The position numbers and the translations under genes are program-made. A stretch of DNA of 64,000 nt. Origin: an uncultured Bacilli bacterium (GTDB lineage Bacteria; Bacillota_I; Bacilli_A; RF39; UBA660). Within the stretch, counting starts at the first letter, position 1; each line of letters starts with the position of its first letter. Shown piece after piece: positions 9,697-19,434 of this stretch. Location: assembly GCA_934162665.1 (NCBI GenBank), contig CAKPJN010000007.1:2479-66478 (forward strand), read 5' to 3'. The notes under the pieces were generated by a model. That model searched no databases. It was not told the origin of the DNA and saw only the letters and a program-made list of their open reading frames with translations.

Positions 9697-10551
9697 TTAC
9701 ATACTCATACTATTAGCATTTATATTTTCATTAACAGAATTACCATCTTGTAACATCTGATTTAATTCTTCTTTAGTATTATTATAAGCAAGCTTAATAT
9801 TATTCTTAATAATAGAAATTTTCTTCATAGAATTTCTCATAAAATTAGTAGATTTCTTAGTAACAATCATAACATTAGCGCCTTTGAAATCAACATTCTT
9901 TTCTTTCATAGTATTAAATATATTAGCTTGATATTCATATTGTTTTTGATAAAATTTACCTTTTATATCATATATTTTGCCTACAACTTTATCTTTAACT
10001 GAGTCCCCCAAATCACTTTTCAAAACACTATTATCATTAATTTTAGCCTCAGTCATTTCCATAGCTGTTTCTCTTTTAGAAAGCATTTCATTTCTTTTAT
10101 TAGTTGTATTTTGCTTTTTCATTAAAATAACACGTTGTCTTTGTTCCAACTTCACTTCTTTTTGTTGTAACTTTTCTAATTTTTGATACTTACTTTCAAT
10201 TTTTTTATCAATCATATTTTTAAAAACATTAGTTTTAAGTACTTCTTTTTTAGCTTCTAATTCTGTTATTTGTTGTTTTACTTCATCTTGAGTATTTAAA
10301 TTATTATCATATTTTTCATTAACCGACTCTAATTTTTGACTATCTTCTGTAATACCGTTATTTAATTTAAATTCATTAATTTGTTCTAATATTTTAGAAC
10401 GTTGCTTTTCTAAAGAAGAAATCTCTAAATTAATTTTATCGTTAATTTCACCTAATTCTTGATGAAGATTATTTATATTTTTAATTGATTCTTCTATACC
10501 TTTTAAACTATTTAACAAAATTTCTGCTTGAATTTTATTAGCATTATTCAT
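9697..10551 (-). CDS. Coiled-coil protein, function unknown
   Basis: Long heptad-like K/E/Q/L-rich sequence with no catalytic motifs. Confidence 0.4.
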   Translation of the reverse strand: MNNANKIQAEILLNSLKGIEESIKNINNLHQELGEINDKINLEISSLEKQRSKILEQINEFKLNNGITEDSQKLESVNEKYDNNLNTQDEVKQQITELEAKKEVLKTNVFKNMIDKKIESKYQKLEKLQQKEVKLEQRQRVILMKKQNTTNKRNEMLSKRETAMEMTEAKINDNSVLKSDLGDSVKDKVVGKIYDIKGKFYQKQYEYQANIFNTMKEKNVDFKGANVMIVTKKSTNFMRNSMKKISIIKNNIKLAYNNTKEELNQMLQDGNSVNENINANSMSM

Positions 10552-10889
10552 TACTGTTCACCACCATCTAAATTACTGCTTTCATTAATAGCTTCTTGAA
10601 CAGCATTCCACTCAGTAGCGTCACTAATTTCTTTTAAATTATAACTATCATTAACTTCTTCTAATATAGAAACATAAACTTTATCATTTTCTTGATCTAC
10701 ACTCTCACCAAATGAATATAAAATATAATCTTTATCATCATATCCTGCCACTTTAAAAATATCTAAAATTTCTGCTTGAAATTTTTGACCATTTTCAGCT
10801 GTAACCGTAATCATATTCCCATTAACTTCGCTATTATTCATAATCATCACTCTCCACATACCTATCCTATTATAATAGTAATTATACAA
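10551..10889 (-). CDS. DUF1292-family protein
   Basis: ITVTAENGQKFQAEILDIF...DKDYILY...VYVSILEEV, with an acidic C-terminus, matches the DUF1292 pattern. Confidence 0.5.
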   Translation of the reverse strand: MYNYYYNRIGMWRVMIMNNSEVNGNMITVTAENGQKFQAEILDIFKVAGYDDKDYILYSFGESVDQENDKVYVSILEEVNDSYNLKEISDATEWNAVQEAINESSNLDGGEQ

Positions 10890-10925
10890 TTAATTATTCA
10901 AATAGTCAATGAAAGAATATATGAT

Positions 10926-11213
10926 TTATCCACTATGAGAAGCTCTATTTCTACGTCTCAACATATTTTCAAATGCAGGAAGTCCATAGCTAGAATTATA
11001 GTAATCAGGGAACTCATTTAGATGAGCTAAAGCTATCTTAGCAGTTTTTTCTAAATCATTATCTGTTACATTAGTCTTAGAATTAACCTTACCATGCTCA
11101 AGCTCAATATTTAACCCAACTACAAAATCATCTAATGAAAATTTATCAAACGATATACCCAACTTCTTAGCAATCATTAATGCATCATCTTTATTAAACA
11201 TCTTTATCACCAT
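10926..11213 (-). CDS. Hypothetical protein (DUF5661-like; motif IALAHLNEFPDYY)
   Basis: ORF with an LEHG...IALAHL..PDYY motif. The family assignment is from memory and not verified. Confidence 0.35.
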   Translation of the reverse strand: MVIKMFNKDDALMIAKKLGISFDKFSLDDFVVGLNIELEHGKVNSKTNVTDNDLEKTAKIALAHLNEFPDYYNSSYGLPAFENMLRRRNRASHSG

Positions 11214-11268
11214 TATATAATATGTAAAAAATTAATGATTTGGAACAAAAAAGAAAGATATAATCTTT

Positions 11269-11586
11269 CTAGCTATTTAAATCTGAAAATTCTTGATTTA
11301 ATGTTTGATATTTTTCTGCTATTTTTTGTTGTTCCGCTTTTTCTAATACATACCAACCTTTTCTAAACATTAATTCATAAGTTTCTCTTTCTAGTGAAGC
11401 ATAATTATCAAACATAGTCTTATATTTTTGATATAATTCTTCATTACTAGCTTCAGTTAAAGCAGTTGCATAATTTTTCTCCATTTCTTTTAAACAACCA
11501 AGTAGTGAATTTATATAATCTTTATCATTTAATTCTTTACCTGTCGGTACCTCTGTTTTTTGATTTTTTATTTGATTATTATTCAT
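11269..11586 (-). CDS. Coat F domain protein (spore-coat-F-like, ferritin-like)
   Basis: DYINSLLGCLKEMEKNYATALTEASNEELY...YELMFRKGWY fits the Coat-F domain pattern ending in GWY. Confidence 0.5.
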   Translation of the reverse strand: MNNNQIKNQKTEVPTGKELNDKDYINSLLGCLKEMEKNYATALTEASNEELYQKYKTMFDNYASLERETYELMFRKGWYVLEKAEQQKIAEKYQTLNQEFSDLNS

Positions 11587-11821
11587 TGTTACCTCCCATA
11601 TTTAAAATACTTAAAACTGTTGTCATAGTGCCATGAAATATATTAGCACTCTTTTCAAGTAACGCTTTAATTTCCATATCAGAAACACTATTGCTAGCAT
11701 TATAAGCACTCTTATATGCACCATAATTCCAGTTAAACATATCACTTAAATAATCTAAATCTTTACCACTAATTATATTAGGTACTTCTTGATAATTTTG
11801 ATTCATATTTTTTCCTCCCAA
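11579..11821 (-). CDS. Small Coat-F-partner-like protein
   Basis: Overlaps the downstream Coat-F gene by 8 nt, consistent with the paired small coat-F-like genes seen in Firmicutes. Weak. Confidence 0.3.
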   Translation of the reverse strand: MGGKNMNQNYQEVPNIISGKDLDYLSDMFNWNYGAYKSAYNASNSVSDMEIKALLEKSANIFHGTMTTVLSILNMGGNNE

Positions 11822-11855
11822 TTTTATTATGATAACTTTCTATTTTTTTATACTA

Positions 11856-12299
11856 CTATAAAAACTTTTTTAAATCTTCTATTGTTTTCTCTTGAAATTT
11901 CATAAAATCTTTAGCAATCTTCAAATAATCTTTATTAACTTCATCATCATAATCTTTAATCTTTTTTTCCATATCTATAGATCCCATAGATATACCTTTA
12001 ATTAACATATCAGCAATAGAAGAATCACTATTATCTTTTTTGACTTCCTTATGAATCCCCATAGAAGACATCATTTTTGCGATAGTACCTTCTTCTTCCA
12101 AAGGTGAACCATTATTTTTAAGTTCATCCTTTGTTTTTGATACAAATTCTTCATATCTTTTTAAAATATCTTCTATCGTACTCTTTATTTTATTATCCTT
12201 TTCTTTTAAATCATTCAACAACTTAGTTAAATTATAAACAGCCATAGAACTATCTTTATAAATATGTTCTATCAATTCAATATTTTCATCCATGTTCAT
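11856..12299 (-). CDS. Hypothetical protein (147 aa, K/E/D-rich)
   Basis: ORF only. Confidence 0.35.
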   Translation of the reverse strand: MNMDENIELIEHIYKDSSMAVYNLTKLLNDLKEKDNKIKSTIEDILKRYEEFVSKTKDELKNNGSPLEEEGTIAKMMSSMGIHKEVKKDNSDSSIADMLIKGISMGSIDMEKKIKDYDDEVNKDYLKIAKDFMKFQEKTIEDLKKFL

Positions 12300-12347
12300 T
12301 CCTCCTATATTATAGTTTTAATAAAAAAAGCGAAATTATTCTCACAA

Positions 12348-13775
12348 TTACTCTTTACCAATATTTTTAATAGCAGGACCTAAAATTATATTTCCATCTA
12401 AATCAAATCTAGAACCATGACAAGGACAATCCCAAGTTTTTTCCTCTCTATTAAAAACAAGACTACATTTCATATGAGGGCAAATCAATTTAACAATGTG
12501 GCGTTCATTATTATCATCTATATAAACGCCATATATAATACCTTTTATTTTAACATAAGAAGGATTATTCTTTTTCCACAAAGCCTGTGCATAAGCTTTT
12601 ACATAATGAAAACTTCCAAGTAAAGAATCAATAAATAACGTAGGATTTTTTCTCTTAGGATCAAATATATTTTTATAAGGGCTATAACCTTTTAATATTA
12701 AATCTGAAATAGTTTTTGCCGCAATAGTCCCATTAGTCATTCCCCACGCATTATAAGCAGTTGCTATATATAGATTCTTATGTATATTCCCAATAAAAGG
12801 CAAATTATCATTAGAGACTATATCTTGATTCATCCACGTATATTCTGGTTCAACTCCAAAATATTTTTTAAAATCTTCTCTACTCTGATTATACATAACT
12901 TTATAATCTATTTTACTAGTCAATCTTTGCTGATTAGAACCATAAATCAAGTAATCCTTATAAAATCTAACAGAATGAAGTTCCTTATCAATATTAACAG
13001 CACTAAAATTACCAATTTTTTCTACTTTAGCAGCATTTACATATTCACGTTTAATATAAGTTTTCAAAGGAATAAAACTAGGTAATAAAAAAAACGGATA
13101 GAAACATGCAATAATTACTTTATTCGCAACAATTATACCCTTATTAGTTTGAACATGATATTTATCATCAACTAATCTAACATCAGTAGCTAAAACTTTT
13201 TCATAAATATTCACACTATCTTCAATTGCTTTTTTCAATCCATCTAAATACTTTAAAGGATTAAAACAATATGTATCACTAACCTTAATACCCTTTTTAA
13301 TTTTAGGATGATCAACATATTTTACATCAATATTCCAAGAAGTTAATAACTTATTTAAATTATTTATCTTAGAAACATCATTATCTAAAGTAGTAAAAAC
13401 TATAGAATCAGTTTTAACTAAATCACAAGATATTTTATTATCAGAAATTATATTTTTAATAATAGATACTGCCTCTACTTGTGAATTTAAATATCTTTTA
13501 GAGATATCTCTACCAAAATTTTTGTCTAACTGATTATAAATATTACCCTGTAAATAAGTAACCTTAGCTGTAGTTTTACTAGTAACTCCGCTACCAATAT
13601 TATCCCTATCTATTAATGTTATGTTTTTTATACTATCACACAAAAAATAAGCAGTAGTTAAACCAGTTATACCACCACCTATTATTAAAACATCAGTATT
13701 AAAATTGTTAGGAATATTTCTAGAAGATTTATGAATATTATTTATCCAAATTGATTTATTTTTTATAAGTATCAC
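12348..13775 (-). CDS. FAD-dependent oxidoreductase fused to C-terminal Rieske [2Fe-2S] domain (YhfW-like)
   Basis: N-terminal dinucleotide motif IIGGGITGLTTAYFL. C-terminal Rieske ligand boxes CPHMKC and CPCHGS. Confidence 0.7.
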   Translation of the reverse strand: MILIKNKSIWINNIHKSSRNIPNNFNTDVLIIGGGITGLTTAYFLCDSIKNITLIDRDNIGSGVTSKTTAKVTYLQGNIYNQLDKNFGRDISKRYLNSQVEAVSIIKNIISDNKISCDLVKTDSIVFTTLDNDVSKINNLNKLLTSWNIDVKYVDHPKIKKGIKVSDTYCFNPLKYLDGLKKAIEDSVNIYEKVLATDVRLVDDKYHVQTNKGIIVANKVIIACFYPFFLLPSFIPLKTYIKREYVNAAKVEKIGNFSAVNIDKELHSVRFYKDYLIYGSNQQRLTSKIDYKVMYNQSREDFKKYFGVEPEYTWMNQDIVSNDNLPFIGNIHKNLYIATAYNAWGMTNGTIAAKTISDLILKGYSPYKNIFDPKRKNPTLFIDSLLGSFHYVKAYAQALWKKNNPSYVKIKGIIYGVYIDDNNERHIVKLICPHMKCSLVFNREEKTWDCPCHGSRFDLDGNIILGPAIKNIGKE

Positions 13776-13844
13776 CTATAGTAGTATGATACAATTTAAA
13801 GAAAAATATTTACATAATATTCTAAACCACTAATATATGACATA

Positions 13845-14120
13845 TTAATGAGATTTATTTTCCATTTTATAAGCTTTTTGAACTTCCTTAAAATATTTAA
13901 AATTTAAAAAAGTATATCCAATTTTTGCATTTGGACAATGCTTATATATATAATTAACAAGATTCTCTACTGTTTCTGCATTTTTAGCATAAATACTAAT
14001 TGTTATTTTTCCATTTTTTGTTACTAAAACAATTTCACGAGTAACTGTTATAAAGTGTTCATAAGTAAACTTTCTTTCATATATACAAATAATTTCTTCA
14101 AATGACGCAATATTTAGCAA
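13845..14120 (-). CDS. Hypothetical protein (91 aa)
   Basis: ORF only. Confidence 0.3.
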   Translation of the reverse strand: MLNIASFEEIICIYERKFTYEHFITVTREIVLVTKNGKITISIYAKNAETVENLVNYIYKHCPNAKIGYTFLNFKYFKEVQKAYKMENKSH

Positions 14121-14227
14121 ATTCTTTTTATTCGCAATAGTATTATTAGAACATATAATAAAATCATCTTCATATATAATGTTATTAAAAACTTAATCAG
14201 CTTGCCTTAATAAATCAGGATTACGTC

Positions 14228-14446
14228 TCAAAATATAGATTTTTTTATACCAAAATTCATAACACCAAATATCATAATTAATAAAGAAACGATAGTTGTT
14301 ACTGTTAAAAAAATCGCCATTCCAAATTCTTGCTCAAAAAAGCCATACAAAGCTAAAGGTACAGAACTAATAAACAATATAAATCCTAATACAAATATTA
14401 AAACCGCTCTTTTTCTAATTTGTTTAATTACTTTTTTACTTCCCAT
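14228..14446 (-). CDS. Small two-helix membrane protein
   Basis: ORF with two hydrophobic segments. Confidence 0.3.
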   Translation of the reverse strand: MGSKKVIKQIRKRAVLIFVLGFILFISSVPLALYGFFEQEFGMAIFLTVTTIVSLLIMIFGVMNFGIKKSIF

Positions 14447-14525
14447 GTAATAAACTCCAATCCCAAAAATTATAAATTAAAATAGATTGACAATTTTAAT
14501 CAATCCATTTCATCATTATATAAAT

Positions 14526-15146
14526 CTACTTATTAAAAACTAAATTTTGCCATTGAATATTAGATACTTCTCCATTTTCATTAAAAGTAAATTTATAGCT
14601 TCTATAAGTTTCTTCAGATTCATATCTATACACTTTTGCTATACTATCAGTAACCATAGAAGGTTCACCAAAAACTTCTTTTACTTTAGCTTCAGATGTA
14701 CCAAGTTTAATTCCTCCATAAACTTCAAAATCAGAAGCCTTAGAATCATTCTTTGCAGTAACATAGCTTAAATCTATACCACCAATAACTGCTTCAGAAA
14801 CCTTAATTGAAGAACCCTTTGTATTAAATGGTGTAACATCAAAGATATTTTTATTATCAGAATTAAGCATATGTCCTGCACCAATCATATACTTGTTAGC
14901 AGGTAATTCTTCATCTTTCTCACTTGCTCTTAAACTATAACCAACTTTTTCTAAAGCTGATATTTTATCTCCAGCATAGAATTTTTTACCATCAATAATA
15001 ATAAAATAAGACTTATTATTATCAATAAAGTTAACTTTTTCACTAGAACCTGTACCATTAGTACTCTCTTTAGAACCACATCCAGTCACTAAACTTAAAG
15101 TTAAAAAAGATACTGCTAAAATAGACATCAAAAATTTATTTTTCAT
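14526..15146 (-). CDS. Lipoprotein (lipobox LVTGC), function unknown
   Basis: Signal peptide plus lipobox; strong RBS AGGAGG upstream. Confidence 0.45.
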   Translation of the reverse strand: MKNKFLMSILAVSFLTLSLVTGCGSKESTNGTGSSEKVNFIDNNKSYFIIIDGKKFYAGDKISALEKVGYSLRASEKDEELPANKYMIGAGHMLNSDNKNIFDVTPFNTKGSSIKVSEAVIGGIDLSYVTAKNDSKASDFEVYGGIKLGTSEAKVKEVFGEPSMVTDSIAKVYRYESEETYRSYKFTFNENGEVSNIQWQNLVFNK

Positions 15147-15232
15147 ATTATTCCTCCTATTTCAGATTACATCAGAAACTAAAGAAATTCAATAATTAAT
15201 TATAGGTTAATAATATGCGCAAATAATTTATA

Positions 15233-16120
15233 TTATATAGATTTTAATATTCTGATAAAGTGATTAGCTTCCCTTAAAACATGATCAGCTAATAATGGAA
15301 TAATAATACTCTTAATTTTACAATTTAAAATTCCTTCTTCACCAGCAACTTTAAATTTTTGAAAATCCATTGTTTCTTTCAAGCTAGCATTTGTTAAAAG
15401 ACTCATATTATTACTATAATTATTAATAATATTTTCATAACTCTTAGCATATTGATCAGCGGTCATAATCAATTCTTTTTCAGTAGGATCTAATAAACCT
15501 CGAATAAATTCTGCATGTTCCTTCATAATAGTATTCCAGAATAATTCTTGTTCATATACATAGTTGGCACTAAATGTTTCTCCACTTTCCAGTTTATTTA
15601 ATAAACTTAAATACATTTTTGCCTCATTCATAATATGAGTAATCAGCAATGGATAATTTGCAGTATATAGCTTACAAGATAATACCTCATTTAAAATATT
15701 ATTTTTAAATGTAATTAAATTTTTAACTATTGGAATTGTTTGTCTATTAATTAATCTAATATTATTTACTAACTGCTGATTCATATTTAAGTTACCACTT
15801 CTTAAACTCGCTTCTTTTCTAGTTAAATTAGTATCAATTCTAATTCCTGATAAATTACTAGTTTGATCCTCAGCAGTTAAAGTATTTTTAGTAACAATTT
15901 CATTTGATGATAAAAATTCCCCACTAACATTCCCGTCAGCTAGGCTAATAACCTTATCTAAAATATTAGCAAAAGTTTTTTGAAAATTATTAGCTGTCAC
16001 TCTCAATTCATTATCCTTAAGCATAAAAGCAGCTTCTAAAAAGAAACTATGTTCTTTCATAATACGATCAAAAAACAAATGAAACTTTAAAGAAAGCCTT
16101 ACATATTCATTATAATTCAT
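15233..16120 (-). CDS. Hypothetical protein with duplicated ..IMKEH..F.. motif (DUF2935-like)
   Basis: Two internal repeats, FFDRIMKEHSFFLEAAF and FWNTIMKEHAEFIRGLLDP. Confidence 0.4.
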   Translation of the reverse strand: MNYNEYVRLSLKFHLFFDRIMKEHSFFLEAAFMLKDNELRVTANNFQKTFANILDKVISLADGNVSGEFLSSNEIVTKNTLTAEDQTSNLSGIRIDTNLTRKEASLRSGNLNMNQQLVNNIRLINRQTIPIVKNLITFKNNILNEVLSCKLYTANYPLLITHIMNEAKMYLSLLNKLESGETFSANYVYEQELFWNTIMKEHAEFIRGLLDPTEKELIMTADQYAKSYENIINNYSNNMSLLTNASLKETMDFQKFKVAGEEGILNCKIKSIIIPLLADHVLREANHFIRILKSI

Positions 16121-16612
16121 TATTCTCCTCCTATAATAAATATATATGTAAGGGGAAAAAATTTATTTATAATCAAATATAATTTTATAACATTATAGGT
16201 AAAACTTATATTTGAAATTCTCATTTGTTTTTATCATATTAATATTTATTTTTTCTTTTAAAATTTAAAATCTTATGCTTATATGACTCCTCTTGCATTT
16301 CATAATAATTATTATAAAACTATCTTGATATTCTTTTAATTCTTCTATATTTAAATCATTTGCCATCATTTTAATGAAATAACAAAAGATATCAGAAAAT
16401 TGAATCTGATATCTTCTATATTTTAATCCCAAATAAAAAGTTCGAGTTTGGTATCAATCTGGTGCCACAAAGGTTGTAGTACAACAACTTTTAAGACAAT
16501 AATTATAGGTAGTAATAAATTACTAACTGATATAAGTATAACACGATAACTATTTTAATGAAAGTCAATCTCAAAATATCGATTAAAAATTTGATATATG
16601 TTAAAATATATT

Positions 16613-16651
16613 TGACAGACAAATAGTAATTTAGTGTTAAAATAAATATTT
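16613..16651 (+). promoter_or_regulatory. Putative sigma-A promoter upstream of tetR-ABC operon
   Basis: TTGACA, 17 nt spacer, then TGTTAAAAT (an extended -10-like element), about 90 nt upstream of the ATG at 16744. Confidence 0.3.
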
Positions 16652-16743
16652 ATAAATAAAAGTTGTAAGATATATTTACAATTTTTATTTTTTATAATAT
16701 AATTACAAGCGTTATATAACTTATGTAATAAAGGAGTGATAAA

Positions 16744-17313
16744 ATGCCACCTAGAGTTAAAATAACAAAAGATGATGTAATAAATGCGACTTTAAATATT
16801 GTTAAAACAGAAGGAATTACTAATATATCCGCAAGAAGAATTGCTAAAGGACTTAAAAGTTCAGTTCAGCCAATATTTACTCATTTTGAATCAATGGAAG
16901 AACTAACAAATGTCGCAACTATGAAAATTTATGAACAATATAAAAATTCTATGATAGAGGCTTCAAAAAAAGAAAAATTACCATATAAAGCAATGGGGAT
17001 GGCATATATAAAATTTGCAAAATACTATCCTGAATATTTTAAAGTATTATTTATGCAAAAATCAGATAAAAGTGCGATGGATTTTATGCTATCTGATAAT
17101 ACTGGAAATAATGTTGTTGAAGTTGGAACAGAAATGTCAGGATTAAGTTTAGAAAAGCAGAAAGAATTTCATATAAAAGTATGGATGTTTACACACGGAA
17201 TTGCAAGTTTAATGGCAACTAAAACTATAGAAATGAGTGATAGTGAAATAGAAGATTTACTTGGAAACACGGTTCGAGAAATGTTAATAGGATTTAAAAA
17301 GGAGGAAATGTAA
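16744..17313 (+). CDS. TetR/AcrR family transcriptional regulator
   Basis: N-terminal HTH pattern ..ISARRIAKGLKSSVQPIFTHFESMEEL. Confidence 0.75.
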   Translation: MPPRVKITKDDVINATLNIVKTEGITNISARRIAKGLKSSVQPIFTHFESMEELTNVATMKIYEQYKNSMIEASKKEKLPYKAMGMAYIKFAKYYPEYFKVLFMQKSDKSAMDFMLSDNTGNNVVEVGTEMSGLSLEKQKEFHIKVWMFTHGIASLMATKTIEMSDSEIEDLLGNTVREMLIGFKKEEM

Positions 17314-18254
17314 TGTCTAAAAATGTTATAGAAGTTAAAAATTTAACAAAAGAATATAAAGAATTAAAAGCAATAGATAATTTATCTTTTGAAGTTAAAG
17401 AGGGAGAAATTTTAGGACTATTAGGTCCTAATGGAAGTGGAAAAACTACAACGATAAATTGTATTTTATCATTACTTAATTTTAAAAGTGGAAGTATTAA
17501 AATATTTGATAAAGAAATGAATCCTAATGCTTATGATATAAAAGCAAATATTGGTGTAGTATTTCAAGAAGTTGCAGTATTTGAAGAATTAACAGTAATA
17601 GATAATATTGATTATTTTTGTGGTTTATATATAAATGATAAAAATACTAGAAAAAAATATGTTGAAGAAGCAATAGAATTAGTTGGGTTAGAAAGTTTTA
17701 AAAAATTTTATCCAAAACAATTATCTGGAGGGCTTTTAAGAAGATTAAATATTGCTTCTGGTATAGCACACAAACCTAAATTAATATTTTTAGATGAGCC
17801 AACAGTTGCAGTAGATCCTCAAAGTAGAAATAATATTTTAGATGGTATAAAAAAGTTAAGAGAAAGTGGTGCAACCATTATATATACAACACATTATATG
17901 GAAGAAGTAGAAATACTATGTGATAGAATTATTATTTTAGATAAAGGTAAAATCCTAGTAAGTGGTACATCTGATGAATTAAAGAGCTTAGCAAATATAG
18001 AAGAAAAAATAACAGTAGAAATTATGGAATTAGATAAGAAATATATTGAAGAAATAAAAACTTTAAAGAATGTTGATGAAGTGATATATACTAATCAAAC
18101 ACTAATAGTTACATATAAAAAAGGCAAAAATAATCTAACTGATTTTATAGATTATTTAAAAAAAGAGAGTATTAAATATAATAAAATTTATTCTGAAAGA
18201 CCAACACTTAACGATGTATTTTTAGAATTAACTGGTAAGGAATTAAGAGATTAG
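17313..18254 (+). CDS. ABC transporter ATP-binding protein
   Basis: Walker A GPNGSGKTTT, signature LSGGLLRRL and Walker B IFLDEPT. The start overlaps the tetR stop. Confidence 0.85.
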   Translation: MSKNVIEVKNLTKEYKELKAIDNLSFEVKEGEILGLLGPNGSGKTTTINCILSLLNFKSGSIKIFDKEMNPNAYDIKANIGVVFQEVAVFEELTVIDNIDYFCGLYINDKNTRKKYVEEAIELVGLESFKKFYPKQLSGGLLRRLNIASGIAHKPKLIFLDEPTVAVDPQSRNNILDGIKKLRESGATIIYTTHYMEEVEILCDRIIILDKGKILVSGTSDELKSLANIEEKITVEIMELDKKYIEEIKTLKNVDEVIYTNQTLIVTYKKGKNNLTDFIDYLKKESIKYNKIYSERPTLNDVFLELTGKELRD

Positions 18255-18255
18255 T

Positions 18256-19434
18256 ATGTTTTGGCATAATTTTAAATATTCCTTAAAAACTCTCTTTAAA
18301 AATAAAATGCTAATATTTTGGACATTTGCCTTTCCAATAATATTAGGAACACTTTTTCAAATGGCTTTTTCAAATATAGAAAATAGTGAAAAATTTGAAG
18401 TGCTGGATGTAGCGATAGTAGAAACTGATGAATTTAATAATAACGAAATATATAAAGAATCATTTAAGGCTTTAAGTGATGAAAATAGTGATAGCAGGTT
18501 ATTTAATATAGAATATGTAACAGAAGATAAAGCAAAATCATTATTAGAAAGTAAGGAAATAGTGGGATACGTTCTAATTACTGATAAAGCAAAAGTGATA
18601 ATAAATTCTAGTGGTACTGATGAAACTATTTTAAAATATGCAGTAGATGAAATTACAAATCAGGAAAAAATTATAAATAATTTAGTAGAAATAGAAACTG
18701 GAAATGTATTACAAGAAAATAAAGTAAGTATAAATTATGAAGAAATTTATAAAAGTGCAATTTCTAAAATAGAAAATACAACATCAAATATTGAAGATAC
18801 ATCTAAATCTAACTTAAGTTATACAATGATAGAATTTTATACTTTGATAGCAATGGCTTGTTTGTATGGTGGAATATTTGGTATGGTATCTATTAACAAT
18901 TGTTTAGCAAATATGTCAAGCAAAGGAAAAAGAGTTGCTGTTAGTCCTACCAAAAAAGGAAAACTTATATTGAGTAGTGTTTTAGCAAGTTATATTACAC
19001 AGATAGTAGGACTATTACTATTATTTCTTTACACAATATTTGTTTTAAAAGTTGATTTTGGAAATAATTTATCAATGATTATATTACTTGCTTTAACTGG
19101 AAGTCTTGCAGGATTATCACTTGGCATATTTGTATCTACATTTATAAAAGCAAATGATAATGCTAAAACAGGAATTTTAATTGCATTTACAATGCTTTGC
19201 TGTTTCTTATCAGGAATGATGGGGATTACTATGAAATATGTAATTGATAAAAATATTCCTATTTTAAATAAGATAAATCCAGCAAATATGATTACAGATG
19301 GTTTTTATGCTTTATATTATAATGATACACTAGATAGATATTATTTTAATGTATTTAGTTTACTTGTATTTTCAGGAATTCTTATCTTACTTTCTATAAT
19401 AAGTTTAAGGAGGCAAAAATATGATAGTATTTAA
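18256..19434 (+). CDS. ABC-2 type transporter permease
   Basis: N-terminal TM, a large extracytoplasmic loop, then 5 C-terminal TMs. Adjacent to the ATPase. Confidence 0.6.
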   Translation: MFWHNFKYSLKTLFKNKMLIFWTFAFPIILGTLFQMAFSNIENSEKFEVLDVAIVETDEFNNNEIYKESFKALSDENSDSRLFNIEYVTEDKAKSLLESKEIVGYVLITDKAKVIINSSGTDETILKYAVDEITNQEKIINNLVEIETGNVLQENKVSINYEEIYKSAISKIENTTSNIEDTSKSNLSYTMIEFYTLIAMACLYGGIFGMVSINNCLANMSSKGKRVAVSPTKKGKLILSSVLASYITQIVGLLLLFLYTIFVLKVDFGNNLSMIILLALTGSLAGLSLGIFVSTFIKANDNAKTGILIAFTMLCCFLSGMMGITMKYVIDKNIPILNKINPANMITDGFYALYYNDTLDRYYFNVFSLLVFSGILILLSIISLRRQKYDSI

